A stretch of 64,000 nt of DNA. Origin: a virus. Position numbers and translations under genes: made by a program. Of the stretch, positions 27,986 through 38,021 are shown piece after piece (positions within the stretch are counted from its first letter, which is position 1; each line of letters begins with the position of its first letter). The stretch is from positions 1 to 64,000 of IMG/VR virus record IMGVR_UViG_3300012204_000008, one strand, 5' to 3'. The notes beneath the pieces were generated by a model, which saw only the letters and a list, made by a program, of their open reading frames with translations, ran no database searches and was not told the origin of the DNA.

Positions 27986-29017
27986 GTGAGCGGGAAGTGG
28001 ATTGCTAGAGTTGGTATAACATTTTTCATTGCTTTTATCATCGGTTTGATATTGATGATGTCTCTTTTTATGTATGTGGTTAGCATCAACACTAGTGCAG
28101 CGCCTCCTACTTCCCCACAGATTGCTCCAGTCGCTTGCAACCAACCCATTAGGATTTCTTCCAAAGTAACCAGTGCTCAGAATCTTTCCACTGAGCAGAC
28201 AAGAAATGCAGCTACCATTATCGCAGTTGGAAAACAAAAGAAAATTCCTGCTTACGGTTGGGTTATCGCTATTGCTACTGCTATGCAAGAGTCTAATCTT
28301 AAGAATCTTAACTACGGGGATAGAGATTCTGTTGGATTGTTTCAACAAAGAGCGCCATGGGGTAGTTTCAAGGAACGTACAACTCCTGCTATTTCTGCAG
28401 GAATGTTTTATACCGGTGGTCGGGGTGGGCAACCTGGCCTGTTGGACATAAGTGGCTGGCAAAGTATGTCTGTTACCCAAGCTGCGCAGCGCGTGCAACG
28501 CTCTGCCTTCCCCGGGGCGTATGCAAAGTACGAGGGGTTAGCCAACTCTCTAGTCAAATCATTAAGTGGAACAATTACTATCTCAACCGGTCAGGCTTGC
28601 CGCCCAGTTCCAACGAATAGTGCATGGACTCTACCTGTCACCAAAGGTACCTATCGTTTAACGGCGAGATTCGGGCAGTGTTCAGCCTTATGGTCAAATT
28701 GCCACACGGGTTTGGACTTTGCAGCACCGAATGGGACACCCATTATGGCCGCTGCCAATGGTAGAATAGTCTCAGCGCAAAATGGTGGCGCTTACGGTAA
28801 CTTGACCAAAGTTCAACACAGCAATGGCATCGTCACTTATTACGCGCACCAATCTTCATTCGTCGTTCGCTCTGGGAATGTTAGAGCAGGCCAGGTAATC
28901 GGTAAAATTGGGGCAACTGGAAATACTACTGGTCCCCATCTACATTTTGAAGTTAGAGTAAACGGTAATCCTATCGATCCTGCAAAATGGCTAACCGATC
29001 ATAAGGTCTCTCCTTGA
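27986..29017 (+). CDS. Membrane-anchored peptidoglycan hydrolase (lysozyme-like plus M23 peptidase), VirB1/TcpG/CwlT-like
   Basis: N-terminal TM; AMQES..NL.YGDRDS.GLFQQR domain; M23 motifs HTGLD, YAH and GPHLHFEV. Confidence 0.88.
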   Translation: MSGKWIARVGITFFIAFIIGLILMMSLFMYVVSINTSAAPPTSPQIAPVACNQPIRISSKVTSAQNLSTEQTRNAATIIAVGKQKKIPAYGWVIAIATAMQESNLKNLNYGDRDSVGLFQQRAPWGSFKERTTPAISAGMFYTGGRGGQPGLLDISGWQSMSVTQAAQRVQRSAFPGAYAKYEGLANSLVKSLSGTITISTGQACRPVPTNSAWTLPVTKGTYRLTARFGQCSALWSNCHTGLDFAAPNGTPIMAAANGRIVSAQNGGAYGNLTKVQHSNGIVTYYAHQSSFVVRSGNVRAGQVIGKIGATGNTTGPHLHFEVRVNGNPIDPAKWLTDHKVSP

Positions 29018-29286
29018 ATAATTCTAAGTGCAAGGTAAAAGTTGTAAGACCAAACCATCAGGCAGGAGTTGAATGCGGGCATGAAATAGTTCCCGAAAGC
29101 GATTTCTGTTTATTCCATGCTATATTAATAGAGGACTCTGAGATGAGAGAGAAAGCAAGAGGACGTTGGTCTTCTTCTAGAAGAACAACGGACGGGAAAA
29201 TTAAGATTTCTGATCCAGTTACTTATGAGAGACTTCTTATGAAATTGGTTTCTGCTGCACGTGAAATGCGGTACGAGCTTGACTGA
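29014..29286 (+). CDS. Hypothetical protein
   Basis: TTGA overlap; C/H motif. Confidence 0.45.
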   Translation: MNNSKCKVKVVRPNHQAGVECGHEIVPESDFCLFHAILIEDSEMREKARGRWSSSRRTTDGKIKISDPVTYERLLMKLVSAAREMRYELD

Positions 29287-29451
29287 GATCCTTGCCATTC
29301 TAAATGAGAACGTAGTTCTTCGATGGTTAATTTTCATTGCTGGTTGTGGTGCGCTAGGAACACTCAGTAAAACAAGTTGTGTCTCGTGGATTGGTTTCTG
29401 CCTCATCTGGTTCGTAGTCTATTTCTATATGATCCTCGAGTGGCGATTAAA

Positions 29452-31515
29452 ATGAGCGAGAAAATAGTAGTAACTGTTCCATTACTTAGAACCAGTGAGC
29501 GTAAGACCTTTCGAAGATGCCCCTGGCTTTGGAATCAGTCGTATAACAAAGGATTAACGACTCGTAGAAACCCTACTTGGTCTTGGTTTGGAACCGCGAT
29601 CCATCGAGGCCTTGAGATTCGCTATCCGGTTGGTAAAACTCGTGGTAGCGTCATCGATATGCTTGATGCATTTGACGAGTCTCTTGGTACCGAAGTACGG
29701 AAAGTCTATACACAGGGCCGGGAGATCGAAGATACTGAAATTATTGACGCAAATACTCTAGGCCATGCGATGCTATTAGGATACGTTAATGAATACGGAA
29801 TCGATGAAGGATGGGAGGTAATTCATTCTGAGCAGACTTTCCAGATAGACGTTCCAGATGAAAATGGAAACCTACTAGTTGTATACTGCGGCAGATGGGA
29901 TGGTATTTGGAGAAATATCCGAACCAAGAACTTTTGGATTGTAGATCACAAAGGGCTAAAGTTAAACGAAAAGATTTTAACTCCAAATGGATGGAAAGAG
30001 AATAAAGATTTAGAAGTTGGAGATTTAATAATAGGGAGTAATGGTCAAGAACAAAAGATAGAAGGGGTGTACGATTTAGGAAAGAAAGAATTTTATAGAG
30101 TGATATTCGATGATGGAATTTGGTTAGATACTACGGATGACCATTTGTGGGAAGTCACAAATAAACATTCACACACTAAAGTTATAACAACAATGCAACT
30201 CAAAGAAGAAAGCCAAAAACCTAGACAGGAAGGATATAAGTATGTTAGGCTGGTCAAACCAGTCCAATTTCAAAAAGCAGAGTTACCTATAGATCCATAT
30301 ACTCTTGGAGTGCTTCTTGGAGATGGAGGAATAACTCGTGGAGTGACCCTAACTTGTCACGACAAAGAGATAGTGAATAGAATTTCAAAAACTTATAAAG
30401 TTCAAGAAAGTGAATCAAGATCAAGATACGATTATTGCACTACTTTTTACATTCCAGAGCTGAAACAAAAACTCAAAGAGCTTGGACTTCTAGGACTATA
30501 TTCTGATGAAAAGTTCATACCAAAAGAATATCTATTTTCTTCAATAGATCAACGAATAGATTTATTGAAAGGATTAATGGATACTGACGGAAATGCTCAT
30601 ATTACTTTTAACAAAAAAAAGCAGAAACAAGGATTTAGAGCTAGATACACAACAACTTCCGAAAAATTGGCTGAAGATATAAGAGATTTAGTTTGGTCGT
30701 TAGGAGGTAGAGCCTCCTTAAGTTCTTCCACTCCAAATTATACTAGAGCAGAGGACAGAAAAACTAAATTGGAAGGAAGACAAGCTTATCACCTAAATAT
30801 AAGTATAGAAATTAATCCTTTTTACTTACCAAGGAAAGCTGAAAAATGGCGGCCGCCAAGGCAGATAATGCAACGTAGAATAATTTCTGTTGAGTATATT
30901 GGAGAAGATTCGGCTAGATGTATTAAAGTTTCAAATTCAGATGGACTATATATAGCTGGTGATTTTGTTGTCACTCACAATACTCGAAAAAGCTTTCCCA
31001 AGAATTGGGGTTTCTATAGTATAGACAGTCAGGCAGGAAGTTATTTATTCGCCGCTCCGGAGGTTCTGAAGTTCATGGGAATTTTCACAGGTGAGGAAAT
31101 AATAGATGGTCTGATTTTCAACTGTCTTCGGAAAGCTATGCCGGATGAAAGGCCCCGTAATTCTGAAGGTCGTTGTCTAAACAAAAACGGTAGTGTTTCA
31201 AAAGTTCAACCACCGCCTTTCTTTCATAGAGAGGTTACATTCCGTAGCCCAGAAGAGCGCGTCACTCAATATAATCAAATTGTGGCGGAGTCAATCCACA
31301 TGGAGAAATTTCGTAGCAACGAGCTTCCGATCTATAAGAATCAGACCGAAGAATGCAATCGCTGTATTTTGTTTGAGTTTTGTGAGGCAGATGAGAGAGG
31401 CTATGAGAACGGCCAGGAGTTCGCCAACCATATGCTTGTCCATCGCGACCCTTACGCAGACCACATCTTAGAGATGGCACAAGCTGGCGTTACGGTAAAA
31501 ATGGATCACCGATAA
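29452..31515 (+). CDS. PD-(D/E)XK (RecB/Cas4-like) exonuclease, intein-containing
   Basis: RTSERKTFRRCP, FGTAIH, E..F, GRWDG, IVDHK|T and CNRC.LFEFC motifs. Confidence 0.85.
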   Translation: MSEKIVVTVPLLRTSERKTFRRCPWLWNQSYNKGLTTRRNPTWSWFGTAIHRGLEIRYPVGKTRGSVIDMLDAFDESLGTEVRKVYTQGREIEDTEIIDANTLGHAMLLGYVNEYGIDEGWEVIHSEQTFQIDVPDENGNLLVVYCGRWDGIWRNIRTKNFWIVDHKGLKLNEKILTPNGWKENKDLEVGDLIIGSNGQEQKIEGVYDLGKKEFYRVIFDDGIWLDTTDDHLWEVTNKHSHTKVITTMQLKEESQKPRQEGYKYVRLVKPVQFQKAELPIDPYTLGVLLGDGGITRGVTLTCHDKEIVNRISKTYKVQESESRSRYDYCTTFYIPELKQKLKELGLLGLYSDEKFIPKEYLFSSIDQRIDLLKGLMDTDGNAHITFNKKKQKQGFRARYTTTSEKLAEDIRDLVWSLGGRASLSSSTPNYTRAEDRKTKLEGRQAYHLNISIEINPFYLPRKAEKWRPPRQIMQRRIISVEYIGEDSARCIKVSNSDGLYIAGDFVVTHNTRKSFPKNWGFYSIDSQAGSYLFAAPEVLKFMGIFTGEEIIDGLIFNCLRKAMPDERPRNSEGRCLNKNGSVSKVQPPPFFHREVTFRSPEERVTQYNQIVAESIHMEKFRSNELPIYKNQTEECNRCILFEFCEADERGYENGQEFANHMLVHRDPYADHILEMAQAGVTVKMDHR
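29953..30981 (+). mobile_element. Class 3 intein (Gly at position 1) with LAGLIDADG endonuclease (343 aa)
   Basis: DHK|GLKLNEKILTPNGW...DHLW...LGVLLGDG...LKGLMDTDG...ARCIKV...VTHN|T. Confidence 0.88.
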
Positions 31516-31573
31516 CCTACTCTCGAAACCTTTAAACTGGTAAGATATAGGTATTACAAAGTGGAGGTAAATA

Positions 31574-32434
31574 GTGGCAGGTACTAGACCAACAGCGATT
31601 ACGAAGTTACAAGACGCACCTAGTGTTGGTAAAAGGAACTGGTTGATCTATGGAGCCGCTGGCATCGGTAAAACGAGTCTAGCTGGCACTGCCCCCAATG
31701 CAATCTTCTTAGCCGTGGAGGCTGCTGGTACAGAATCTGCAAAGATGATGGGCTCTTCAGCAGATGAATGGATTATTGATAATTGGTCTGAGCTTCGCAC
31801 AGAAGCCTACGAATATTTCAAGAACGGTTCGGGCTGCAAGGACTACGAATGGGTGCTTATAGACTCCGGATCTGAGATGGAGGAGATTGCTTGGCAGGAC
31901 CAACTAGAAACAGCCCATGCCCGTAATGCCGCTAGGAGTCTCTACAAGCCGGCTTTGGAGGACTATCAGATTATTGGAAATAAGATGAAAAACATGGTAG
32001 ATGCTTTCAATCGTCTACCGATTAACGTTCTCTACACCTTCCAAGACATGCGGGTAACAATTGAAGACCAGGACACAGAGGAAGAGAAGCAGTTGATTAT
32101 GCCGCTGGTTGGTAGTCCCAACAATGGCATAATTTCCACGAAAATATGCGGTAAGACCACTCTAAATGGGTGGCTAACTGTCCGTAGAGTCAAAATTGAT
32201 AGTGAAGGAGAGGGAGTAGAAACTAAGGACGTTAGGCGGCTTTACACTTCGGCAGGAAAGAGGTTTATAGCCAAAGACAGACATGACACATTTGGTCGTT
32301 TCGTTGACAACCCCAATATAACAGAGATGGCAGAAGCTGTTCAAAAAAAGATAGATAAAGCCAAGACAACTGAAGAGAAAATGAAAGCAGCAGGACTATC
32401 ATCAAGCGTTTCTTCTATGACAGGAGCTAAGTAA
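31574..32434 (+). CDS. AAA_24/Sak4-like recombination ATPase
   Basis: IYGAAGIGKT, VLIDSG and AKDR motifs. Confidence 0.8.
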   Translation: MAGTRPTAITKLQDAPSVGKRNWLIYGAAGIGKTSLAGTAPNAIFLAVEAAGTESAKMMGSSADEWIIDNWSELRTEAYEYFKNGSGCKDYEWVLIDSGSEMEEIAWQDQLETAHARNAARSLYKPALEDYQIIGNKMKNMVDAFNRLPINVLYTFQDMRVTIEDQDTEEEKQLIMPLVGSPNNGIISTKICGKTTLNGWLTVRRVKIDSEGEGVETKDVRRLYTSAGKRFIAKDRHDTFGRFVDNPNITEMAEAVQKKIDKAKTTEEKMKAAGLSSSVSSMTGAK

Positions 32435-32925
32435 TGGGTAGTGGCAAACTTTCTAGAAACTATGAGGGTGTAGACCGTTTTGACACTGGCAGAATCTACA
32501 CTGGCGAACTACCGAAGCCTGGTGTGTGGTATGAGGCCAAGCTAGTTAGTGCAGAAGACCACCCGACCAAGGCTAACCCTGACAATGTGCAGTGGCTATT
32601 CCTTATTACAGAACCGCCATATGAAGGTTGCCCCATATATAAGCACACTAACGGGACTACCACTGCCTCAAATGAGATCCAAATTCTTGAGGCGATTGGT
32701 GTGCTAGGCAAAGGGAAGAATTCTATTGATATGACCTTTCCTTCCATTCTCAAGAAGGCCAAGCCTGTTCTGCTTAGCGTTACGCATGAAGAGTATCAAG
32801 GTGTGACTCGGGCTAAGTTCAGGACGGTTCTGCCCGGGCGTGGAGGTTCTTCCGTTTCCTCTCCCTCTTCTGATGAAGACGAAGTATTTAGTAGTGATGC
32901 CGGAGACGACGAAGAGCCCTTCTAG
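32434..32925 (+). CDS. DUF669-like single-stranded DNA-binding protein
   Basis: P.PG.Y.AK OB-fold pattern, EEYQG..R, and acidic tail ending EEPF. Confidence 0.7.
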   Translation: MGSGKLSRNYEGVDRFDTGRIYTGELPKPGVWYEAKLVSAEDHPTKANPDNVQWLFLITEPPYEGCPIYKHTNGTTTASNEIQILEAIGVLGKGKNSIDMTFPSILKKAKPVLLSVTHEEYQGVTRAKFRTVLPGRGGSSVSSPSSDEDEVFSSDAGDDEEPF

Positions 32926-32935
32926 AAAGTGAGCC

Positions 32936-32977
32936 ACCCACGGGCAGTTTGGGGTCTCTGCCCGTGGGTTCTTTCTT
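32936..32977 (+). terminator. Intrinsic terminator
   Basis: ACCCACGGGCAG/CTGCCCGTGGGT 12-bp stem followed by TCTTTCTT. Confidence 0.75.
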
Positions 32978-33077
32978 CACTATAGTTCAAATCTCTCTCT
33001 CTTAATCTGTTTTAGTTTGTTCCCTGGTGGAGATTGCACGAAAAGTAGTAAACATGGTATCTTTAACCTCTACTTAG

Positions 33078-33305
33078 GTGGTTGGCATGGCGCGTAAGTC
33101 TGAAGAGATTATTTTATCTGAAATGAAAGCAAGGGGTAGATTAGTTGCGGCTATTACACATGGGAGGGGTGAGAAAGAGGCTCGTATAGCGTATTACAGA
33201 TTGAAGGCCCAAAACCTAGAGATCCGGGCGCGGGAATTGTATATCGAAGCGGATAGACTTGAAAGTCTTTCCGAAGAAATTTATGAAATTGCTAAAGCGT
33301 TTTAA
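33078..33305 (+). CDS. Hypothetical protein
   Basis: Follows a TTGCAC..TATCTT promoter-like site. Confidence 0.5.
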   Translation: MVGMARKSEEIILSEMKARGRLVAAITHGRGEKEARIAYYRLKAQNLEIRARELYIEADRLESLSEEIYEIAKAF

Positions 33306-33320
33306 GACAAGAGGCGCCTT

Positions 33321-35531
33321 GTGTCTGGGGAACTTATTGCAACAAACGACCCTCAGGTTATTAACCTGAATGGTCTTTCTGAGTATCATTTTGAAATCCT
33401 GAAAGAAAGTGCAATTAATCCAGAAGTCATTCTGGAAAGGCATTATAGAACAGTTTACATGGATGATAATGGCCCTAAGCTTCTCCGATCTCTTGCCATT
33501 CCTAGTTGGGCTAGAGATAATCCCGACTGCTATCCAGGTCTTCTCATTCCACTTTACCGTGCAAGTGGTGAATTAATCTCTTATCAATATCGACCAGATG
33601 TCTTACAAGAAATAGAAGGTAAGAAAAGAAAATATGCGAACCCAAGTGGGAAAGCAAACGTAATTGATGTTCATCCAAGAAATATAGAACGTGTTAGAGA
33701 TCCAACAACTAGATTGTGGATTACAGAGGGTACAAAAAAGGGAGATGCACTTACCTCTTACGGTGAATGCGCTGTCAGTTGCTCTGGTGTTTTCAATTGG
33801 CGTAATCGCATTGGCACATTGGGAGACTGGGAGGATATCCCCCTTAGAGACAGAGAAGTTATCATCTGTTTTGATTCCGATACATATGGTAATGACAAAG
33901 TCTCAAGAGCTATGGCACGCCTAGGTCGTTGGGTAAAATCGAAACTTGCAAAAAGAGTATTGTATATCGTTGTTCCTTATAACGTAAATGGAAATGGAAC
34001 AAAAGGAGTTGATGATTACTTAGCTGCCGGTGGCAGTATACTAGAGCTAGTAGAAATTGGCGAAGACAAGCCTCCAGAAATAAATAAACTCAATCTAGAA
34101 TTTGCAGACACTCAATTATCTGCAACAATTGCAGGGGAAGTTCTCGAGGATAAGTTTTGTTGGGCTAGTGGATTAGGTTGGCTAAAATGGGAGGGGAAAA
34201 AGTGGAAGGGTTGCCAACTTAGCTCAATAAAGGAAGCAATTAGGGATTATGTACTAGATTGGTATAATAAAGAAGTCAAAGTTGGTTGTGATAGTGAGCG
34301 TAGAAAAGAACTTTTCGCCCTTCAATCAGCAAAGAGGGTTGGTGCTCTCACTAGTCTAATGGAGGGATTGCTAGAGGAAGATCCAGAAATCTTTGATGCG
34401 CATCCAGAACTAATGAATACACCTAGTGGTGTTATCCAACTACCAACAATGGAACTTCTTCCTCATGATCCAAATCTTTATATGACAAATATAACGAAGG
34501 TGGCGTATGTTCCTGGTGCCAGTCATCCAGATTGGGAAGCAACACAAAAGGCAATCTCAGAAGAAGCAAGACAATGGGTTCTAGAGCGACTTGGGCAAGC
34601 AATTACTGGTGATACCCCACCGGATGACGTTCTCACTGTTTTCCAAGGAACAGGTGCTAATGGAAAAAGTTCTCTTCTCGCAGGCGTAACGGGGGCTTTA
34701 GGGGATTACGCGGTTAAAGTTAGTGATAAACTCTTACTACCAGATCAAGGTCAGCACCCCACAGAAAAGATGAATCTCCGAGGGGCACGATTCGCTTATA
34801 TTGAGGAAACAGCAGAAGCTCGTTATCTTGATGTGCAGCGCCTCAAAGAGATCGCAGGAACTCCATCGATAACCGCTAGACTCATGCGTCAAAATAATGT
34901 AACGTTTTCAGCTACCCATACCTTCTTCCTAGCCACTAACCACATGCCCATTATTTCTGAAAACACCCATGCTGTTTGGCGTCGTCTTAAACTAGTAAAA
35001 TTTCCGTATACATTCAGGAAAAACAATGAAATACTTAGAGATGAATGGGATAAATACGGAGATTCTGGCCTTAGAGATCGAATGAAGACAGGAGCGAAAC
35101 AACAGGAAGCTGTTTTAGCCACACTAGTTGAATATGCATCTCGTTACTATCAAAACAACAAAATGATGTGCGCAGACAGTGCAAGAGTTGACAAATACAC
35201 AAGAAGGTGGAGGGGGGAAACAGATATCATTATGAGATATATAGATGAAAGACTAATTATGGACAAACAGTCTCATATACTAGTTAATGAATTATATGTG
35301 GATTTTAGTATCTGGCTTGAAAATCATGGCCATCATAGATGGAACGAACAAACAACAACTGGTCGTTTCAAAGATCATGAAGACTTTACTAACTCGCGTG
35401 TTAGAAAAACCCGAACGGATGACTACAACCCACTTTCCCGTAGAACTTTTATTGAATCAGAGAATAGGGCAGTTACAGGAAAACAAAACATCTGGCAAGG
35501 TGTAAGATTTAGAATAATAGAAGACGAGTGA
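33321..35531 (+). CDS. DUF3854 TOPRIM primase fused to a D5/P4-type SF3 helicase
   Basis: ITEG.KK, CFDSD, KGVDDYL; GTGANGKS, IEET, ATNH.P and WRRL motifs. Confidence 0.9.
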   Translation: MSGELIATNDPQVINLNGLSEYHFEILKESAINPEVILERHYRTVYMDDNGPKLLRSLAIPSWARDNPDCYPGLLIPLYRASGELISYQYRPDVLQEIEGKKRKYANPSGKANVIDVHPRNIERVRDPTTRLWITEGTKKGDALTSYGECAVSCSGVFNWRNRIGTLGDWEDIPLRDREVIICFDSDTYGNDKVSRAMARLGRWVKSKLAKRVLYIVVPYNVNGNGTKGVDDYLAAGGSILELVEIGEDKPPEINKLNLEFADTQLSATIAGEVLEDKFCWASGLGWLKWEGKKWKGCQLSSIKEAIRDYVLDWYNKEVKVGCDSERRKELFALQSAKRVGALTSLMEGLLEEDPEIFDAHPELMNTPSGVIQLPTMELLPHDPNLYMTNITKVAYVPGASHPDWEATQKAISEEARQWVLERLGQAITGDTPPDDVLTVFQGTGANGKSSLLAGVTGALGDYAVKVSDKLLLPDQGQHPTEKMNLRGARFAYIEETAEARYLDVQRLKEIAGTPSITARLMRQNNVTFSATHTFFLATNHMPIISENTHAVWRRLKLVKFPYTFRKNNEILRDEWDKYGDSGLRDRMKTGAKQQEAVLATLVEYASRYYQNNKMMCADSARVDKYTRRWRGETDIIMRYIDERLIMDKQSHILVNELYVDFSIWLENHGHHRWNEQTTTGRFKDHEDFTNSRVRKTRTDDYNPLSRRTFIESENRAVTGKQNIWQGVRFRIIEDE

Positions 35532-35569
35532 GATGAGGAAAAATTGAGTCCAATCCCTGGAGATACATA

Positions 35570-36112
35570 ATGAACGTATTCACTAATAACGATGAAACAG
35601 CGACTCCGCTATTATGCCTCGATCTGGATGGCACGGTGCGGCAAGGCAAGGACGACGCCCTCGGACGGTTTGTAAATGGCCCCGAAGATGTGCGGGTGTT
35701 TCCCGAAGCCGTTGAGAGGATGCGACGCTGGAAGGCAGGTGGTGGCCGAATCATCGGCGTCAGCAATCAGGGCGGCATCGCATTGGGAATAGTCACACCA
35801 CAGGCTGTCGCGGCGGCGATGATGGAAACGCATCGGCAGACTGAGGAACTATTCGACAAGATTGCATGGTGTAGTCACCATCCGCGTGCATCTGATCCTG
35901 AGTGGGCGCGTTGCTGGTGCAGAAAGCCTTCGCCAGGACTGCTTATTGAGTCGGCTCTCATCCTCGCCTCAAAGTACAATGAGTTCTACCCACCGTATAT
36001 GGGACTCATGGTCGGCGATAGGTCCGAGGATCAGGAATGCGCTCGATTATCTGGATTTGATTTCCAGCACGCTGTTTTGTGGCGCACTCAAGCACATCAG
36101 GAATTATCGTGA
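35570..36112 (+). CDS. HAD-IIIA phosphatase (GmhB/histidinol-phosphatase-like)
   Basis: DLDGTV, SNQGGI, CWCRKP.PGL and MVGD motifs. Confidence 0.85.
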   Translation: MNVFTNNDETATPLLCLDLDGTVRQGKDDALGRFVNGPEDVRVFPEAVERMRRWKAGGGRIIGVSNQGGIALGIVTPQAVAAAMMETHRQTEELFDKIAWCSHHPRASDPEWARCWCRKPSPGLLIESALILASKYNEFYPPYMGLMVGDRSEDQECARLSGFDFQHAVLWRTQAHQELS

Positions 36113-36257
36113 ATGTTTTATATGGAGAAGGTTACCTACGCGATTGTACTATCAACAAACAACGCCACTTATGTGGATGTGTAACTACTTTTGATATATG
36201 CCGTTGGAAATCCATCATCTTGTTATGTTGTGATGCCCATTCTGAGAATGGCTCCGT

Positions 36258-37052
36258 ATGAGAGTTTTAATTTTAGGTTCTGGTCCAGCCGGGCTTATAG
36301 CTGCACAAGCGGCTAGTCAGCTTGGTATAGAAGACATAGTGATCCTAAGTAAGAAAAGGAAAAGTGAATTATTCGGCGCCCAGTATCTCCACGTCCCAAT
36401 TCCAGAAGCAACACAAACTGCTCCTGTTCAAATACGATACCGCCTCATTGGCTCACCAGAGCAATATCGCAAAAAGGTTTATGGTAATAACTGGAACGGT
36501 TTCGTTTCGCCAGAGGAATTGAATGGTAACCATTTAGCCTGGGACATACGCGAGACATACGACTTCTTGTGGAAGAAATTTGAAGGCGCAATTGAAGACG
36601 TCATTATTGACCCAATAGAAATTAATCATTCTCTATTGAGACTTAGGCCAGCTTTCACCTTTTCAACTATTCCTCTACCTTCTATCTGTATTAGATCATA
36701 TCATAAATTTCAGGCAGAATATATTTGGGCGATGGGTGATGCACCAGCTAGGGATCAAATTGTTCCAGTAAAGATGTTCTCAAATAGTGTTTTATGCAAT
36801 AGCCTTCCATCTCCTTCGTGGTATAGAGTCAGTAGAATTTTTGACCATTCAACTATAGAGTGGCCTTGGGGAGCGAAAGAAATAGGAGATTTACTTGACA
36901 AGGCTAGTCCTGTAACTAAGCCTCTTAAAACAGATTGTCATTGTTGGCCTAGTATCGTTAAAATTGGCAGATACGGTAAGTGGGAAAAAGGAGAATTAAG
37001 TCATACTGCATTTCGCATCGTAACAGAAAAGATAACGAATGGAAACGGATGA
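36258..37052 (+). CDS. FAD-dependent oxidoreductase (short, UDP-galactopyranose-mutase-like)
   Basis: ILGSGPAGL Rossmann motif, FGAQYLH, and C-terminal IGRYGKW. Confidence 0.75.
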   Translation: MRVLILGSGPAGLIAAQAASQLGIEDIVILSKKRKSELFGAQYLHVPIPEATQTAPVQIRYRLIGSPEQYRKKVYGNNWNGFVSPEELNGNHLAWDIRETYDFLWKKFEGAIEDVIIDPIEINHSLLRLRPAFTFSTIPLPSICIRSYHKFQAEYIWAMGDAPARDQIVPVKMFSNSVLCNSLPSPSWYRVSRIFDHSTIEWPWGAKEIGDLLDKASPVTKPLKTDCHCWPSIVKIGRYGKWEKGELSHTAFRIVTEKITNGNG

Positions 37053-37726
37053 ACAGAACTTATCCTCCCCGTAGCTCTACCTCTCATAACGGAATAAGAG
37101 AGATACTGCGGCCAGTATTTGGAATAGATCTAGACGGAACCCTAGGTGATTTTCACTCTCACTTTTTCAATTTTGCAGAGGGTTGGCTTGGCAAGAAGAT
37201 CGAGAGGAGATATCGTGGTGACGTCCCTATGACAAAGCATATAGGAATCAGTAAGGAACGTTATCGTAAGGTTAAGTTAGCTTATCGCCGTGGTGGCCTT
37301 AAACGTTCCATGCCAGTATATCCAGGCGCATGCGAACTTACATGCTCATTGCGAGAGAGGGGTGCCATTGTCATCATTTGTACCACTCGTCCTTATCTTC
37401 AAATTGATAATGTAGAGCCAGATACTATAGAATGGTTGCGTAGAAATCAAATACAATACGACGGCATAATATATGGCGAAAGGAAGTTTAAGGATCTAAA
37501 GAAGAGTTGGAATGGACAAATTGTAGCTGCCGTAGACGATTTACCGGAAATGATACTACAGGCTTATGACTGCGGGTTTCCAGGAATCATGATAGTTCGT
37601 AATCACAATATTCAATTTCACACAAAATGGAGAGAGAACAGCTTATACGAAGTTTCCAAACTATTGCATGAATTGTTAGACGAATGGGAGAAGGAAAATG
37701 AAGCTAATATTAGCACCAAGCGTTGA
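37049..37726 (+). CDS. HAD 5'(3')-deoxyribonucleotidase-like protein
   Basis: IDLDGTL, CTTRP, T.EWL..N, K and VDD motifs. Confidence 0.8.
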   Translation: MNRTYPPRSSTSHNGIREILRPVFGIDLDGTLGDFHSHFFNFAEGWLGKKIERRYRGDVPMTKHIGISKERYRKVKLAYRRGGLKRSMPVYPGACELTCSLRERGAIVIICTTRPYLQIDNVEPDTIEWLRRNQIQYDGIIYGERKFKDLKKSWNGQIVAAVDDLPEMILQAYDCGFPGIMIVRNHNIQFHTKWRENSLYEVSKLLHELLDEWEKENEANISTKR

Positions 37727-38021
37727 AGAACAGACAACCGACAGGCATAAACTTGCGATGCAAATGTTTCCTATCTTAGAAGAAGCTCTTAATCTTGCAA
37801 TGGAGAGACACAAGACGTATGGGAGTTCTTGGAAAAAACGAGGGTATATGGGCTCGATTTCTTGGATGGGAGCGAAAGTTGATAGGCTTCTAGGTATGCT
37901 TTGGACTGGAACTCCAAATCCCGATGAAAAGGTTATGAAAGATTGCGCATTAGATGAGATAAATTATTGCGTCTTTTTCGAGCTAAATCGTAGGGCTGGA
38001 AATAAATGGGGTCCGCAATGA
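37698..38021 (+). CDS. DUF1599-like nucleotide-modification-associated all-alpha protein
   Basis: R..TYG.SW...G......K..RL...D..LD.INY pattern. Confidence 0.65.
   Translation: MKLILAPSVEEQTTDRHKLAMQMFPILEEALNLAMERHKTYGSSWKKRGYMGSISWMGAKVDRLLGMLWTGTPNPDEKVMKDCALDEINYCVFFELNRRAGNKWGPQ

Noticed and set aside
27986-29017. M23 protein as the phage endolysin
   Set aside because: The N-terminal membrane anchor, domain order and position after VirB4/B6/B8-like genes fit a conjugation hydrolase better. The lysis cassette probably lies beyond the window.
20870-29017. Complete inserted ICE
   Set aside because: No integrase, relaxase, coupling protein or flanking direct repeats were seen, and composition and gene overlaps are continuous with the phage genes.
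29452-31515. Cas4-like nuclease as part of a CRISPR-Cas system
   Set aside because: There are no other cas genes or arrays; it sits in a standard nuclease-ATPase-SSB recombination module.
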